Assembly (NCBI RefSeq): GCF_006345805.1
Contig: NW_021828589.1
Span: forward strand, 1 to 7,974
Source of the DNA: Octopus sinensis
Taxonomy: Eukaryota
Direction of reading: 5' to 3'
Length of the DNA: 7,974 bases
Shown: positions 6,723 to 7,974 of the stretch, piece after piece
Layout: every line of letters begins with the position of its first letter
Position numbering within the stretch: the first letter of the stretch is position 1
Made by a program: the position numbers and the translations under genes
Notes under the pieces: generated by a model
The model's database searches: none
The model's input: the letters and a program-made list of their open reading frames with translations, nothing else
Told to the model about the DNA's origin: nothing

Positions 6723-7680
6723 GGCGAGGATGTCGATCGTGCAGGAATTTTCATCCAAACACAAACTCTCAAGAGGAAGATTGAGTCAAAAGCTTTCAGT
6801 CTAACAGAATATGATGAACGTCCTTACATATATGGAGACAGTCGAGCTTGCTCTGACTGAGCTTCTTCATGCTTGATGTCGAGCGTCGTAACGGTGCACT
6901 TGCAATCTGACTTTTGTTAGTATTCTCCGATGATCCGTCGTCCAATATTCGGCACCCATCATTGCACAACTAAACAGAATAGATATGAGATCTCTCTACC
7001 TGGCTGTGTTTAGATCAACAAAGCATCAGTATTTGGGCTTGAAATGCATCCAAGAGGTTTCGTGTTTGATCATCTATTGGAAGGTGGTGCTGGCCATGAC
7101 TGGATTGTTCTGTGCCCGCTCAATTAGAAGCATTGTACCTTTGCTCTTAGTTTTCATAAAACCACGATTTTACAGACTTGCGTTAAAAGCATTCTTTAAA
7201 CTGGATTTTGTCAGGAGATTTTCCTCAGTGTTTGGTTTCCTGGCCGACTGAAGCGGTTTTTGCCCTGATAAATGAGACGGCAAAGCCTCGATGCAGGGAT
7301 ACTTAGTAACATGATAGATATTCTCTGCAAGTAGGTATATGAAGTGACAATTGTCGATCACTAATGCCAATCAGTATTTCGGTCAGTTTAGGGGGCATAT
7401 TCTTCGAAGTAATGCAGACACATGATAGTGATGTCCACATGCAAGGTAGTATTTCCAAAATAAAGAAGCTCTCACCATCCTCATCCTGAGAACCGTCTCC
7501 AAGTAACGTTTCCTAATCTAACGCAGCACTATTTACTTTGTAGTACAACACACTGGTTGTGGGAGCTATTTGCCGTTGGGGCTGGTTCACAAATTACTGA
7601 TATCAGTAGATAGAATAGATTATACAATCAGTGCTTATATAATCCATTTTTGTCATGTATGTGGAAATTCCACATACATA
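6723..7680 (-). mobile_element. RTE-clade LINE remnant, APE endonuclease part (non-functional)
   Basis: Minus-strand motifs occur in order: WN (+7667-7672, ~'WNVRTL'), QPQRQIA (~'RPERRTA'), YKVNSAAL (+7519-7542), ET.LGDG (+7492-7512), GISDRQLSLHIP (+7333-7368), AFNA (+7179-7190, ~'GDFNA'), SWMH (+7044-7055), GAEYWTTDHRRIL (+6918-6956, ~'GADCWTDHRLI') and LDEN (+6747-6758, ~'DWFDEN'). There are in-frame stops and frameshifts. Confidence 0.88.
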
Positions 7681-7974
7681 TGATAGACATGGTTTCCTAT
7701 CCAGAAATCTAACTGTATCAACAATCTTATGCATCTTTCTTCGGTCCCTCCTCGGCTGGTCCCAAATTAACTTGCTTAGTTGCAGACAGAAAAAAAATTC
7801 CTCTCAATGACACCTGTCAACGACTGTTGCCCTGAAACACCGAAGTATTGAGTTCCCATCAGAAGCTTCCAGCATATTCAGATCTACTCCCTTTTCCAGG
7901 TTCTCATTCACAATCTCACTCTTGCAAGGACCCGAGATCCAAGATCCAGCATGCATACGCTTGCATAGGTGGTG

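Noticed and set aside
6566-7370. ORFs 6579-6860, 6566-6772, 6985-7251 and 7170-7370
   Set aside because: These are antisense or partial-frame reads of the SINE and the dead RTE endonuclease region, not independent genes.

Overview
AT-rich, microsatellite-saturated non-coding eukaryotic DNA, intronic or intergenic. No intact protein-coding gene, RNA gene or CRISPR array is supported. Nearly all supplied ORFs are translations of (TA)n, (CA)n/(TG)n or (GATA)n arrays, or antisense reads of dead retroelements. The non-repetitive parts are mostly decayed retroelements. (i) An RTE-clade LINE remnant on the minus strand (~5500-7680) has recognisable endonuclease and RT-flanking motifs, many stops and frameshifts, and lacks the RT catalytic core. 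(ii) Two fainter RTE-like fragments lie at ~760-1440 (+) and ~4500-4960 (-). (iii) A well-preserved tRNA-derived SINE (6488-6722, -) is inserted in that LINE. (iv) Two diverged copies of a second tRNA-derived SINE family (2337-2545 +, 5105-5386 -) each start directly after a (TG)n tract. (v) A ~200-bp T-rich retroelement 3' end (2824-3021, -) is embedded in a (GATA)n array and shares its terminal ~55 nt with the SINE in (iii). From memory, the SINE types and microsatellite density resemble octopus (coleoid cephalopod) genomes; this is an inference, not a database result. I see no convincing new biological system. The best leads are the shared SINE/LINE-like tail, the apparent microsatellite-associated insertions, and a perfect 25-bp palindrome inside a heavily decayed LINE.
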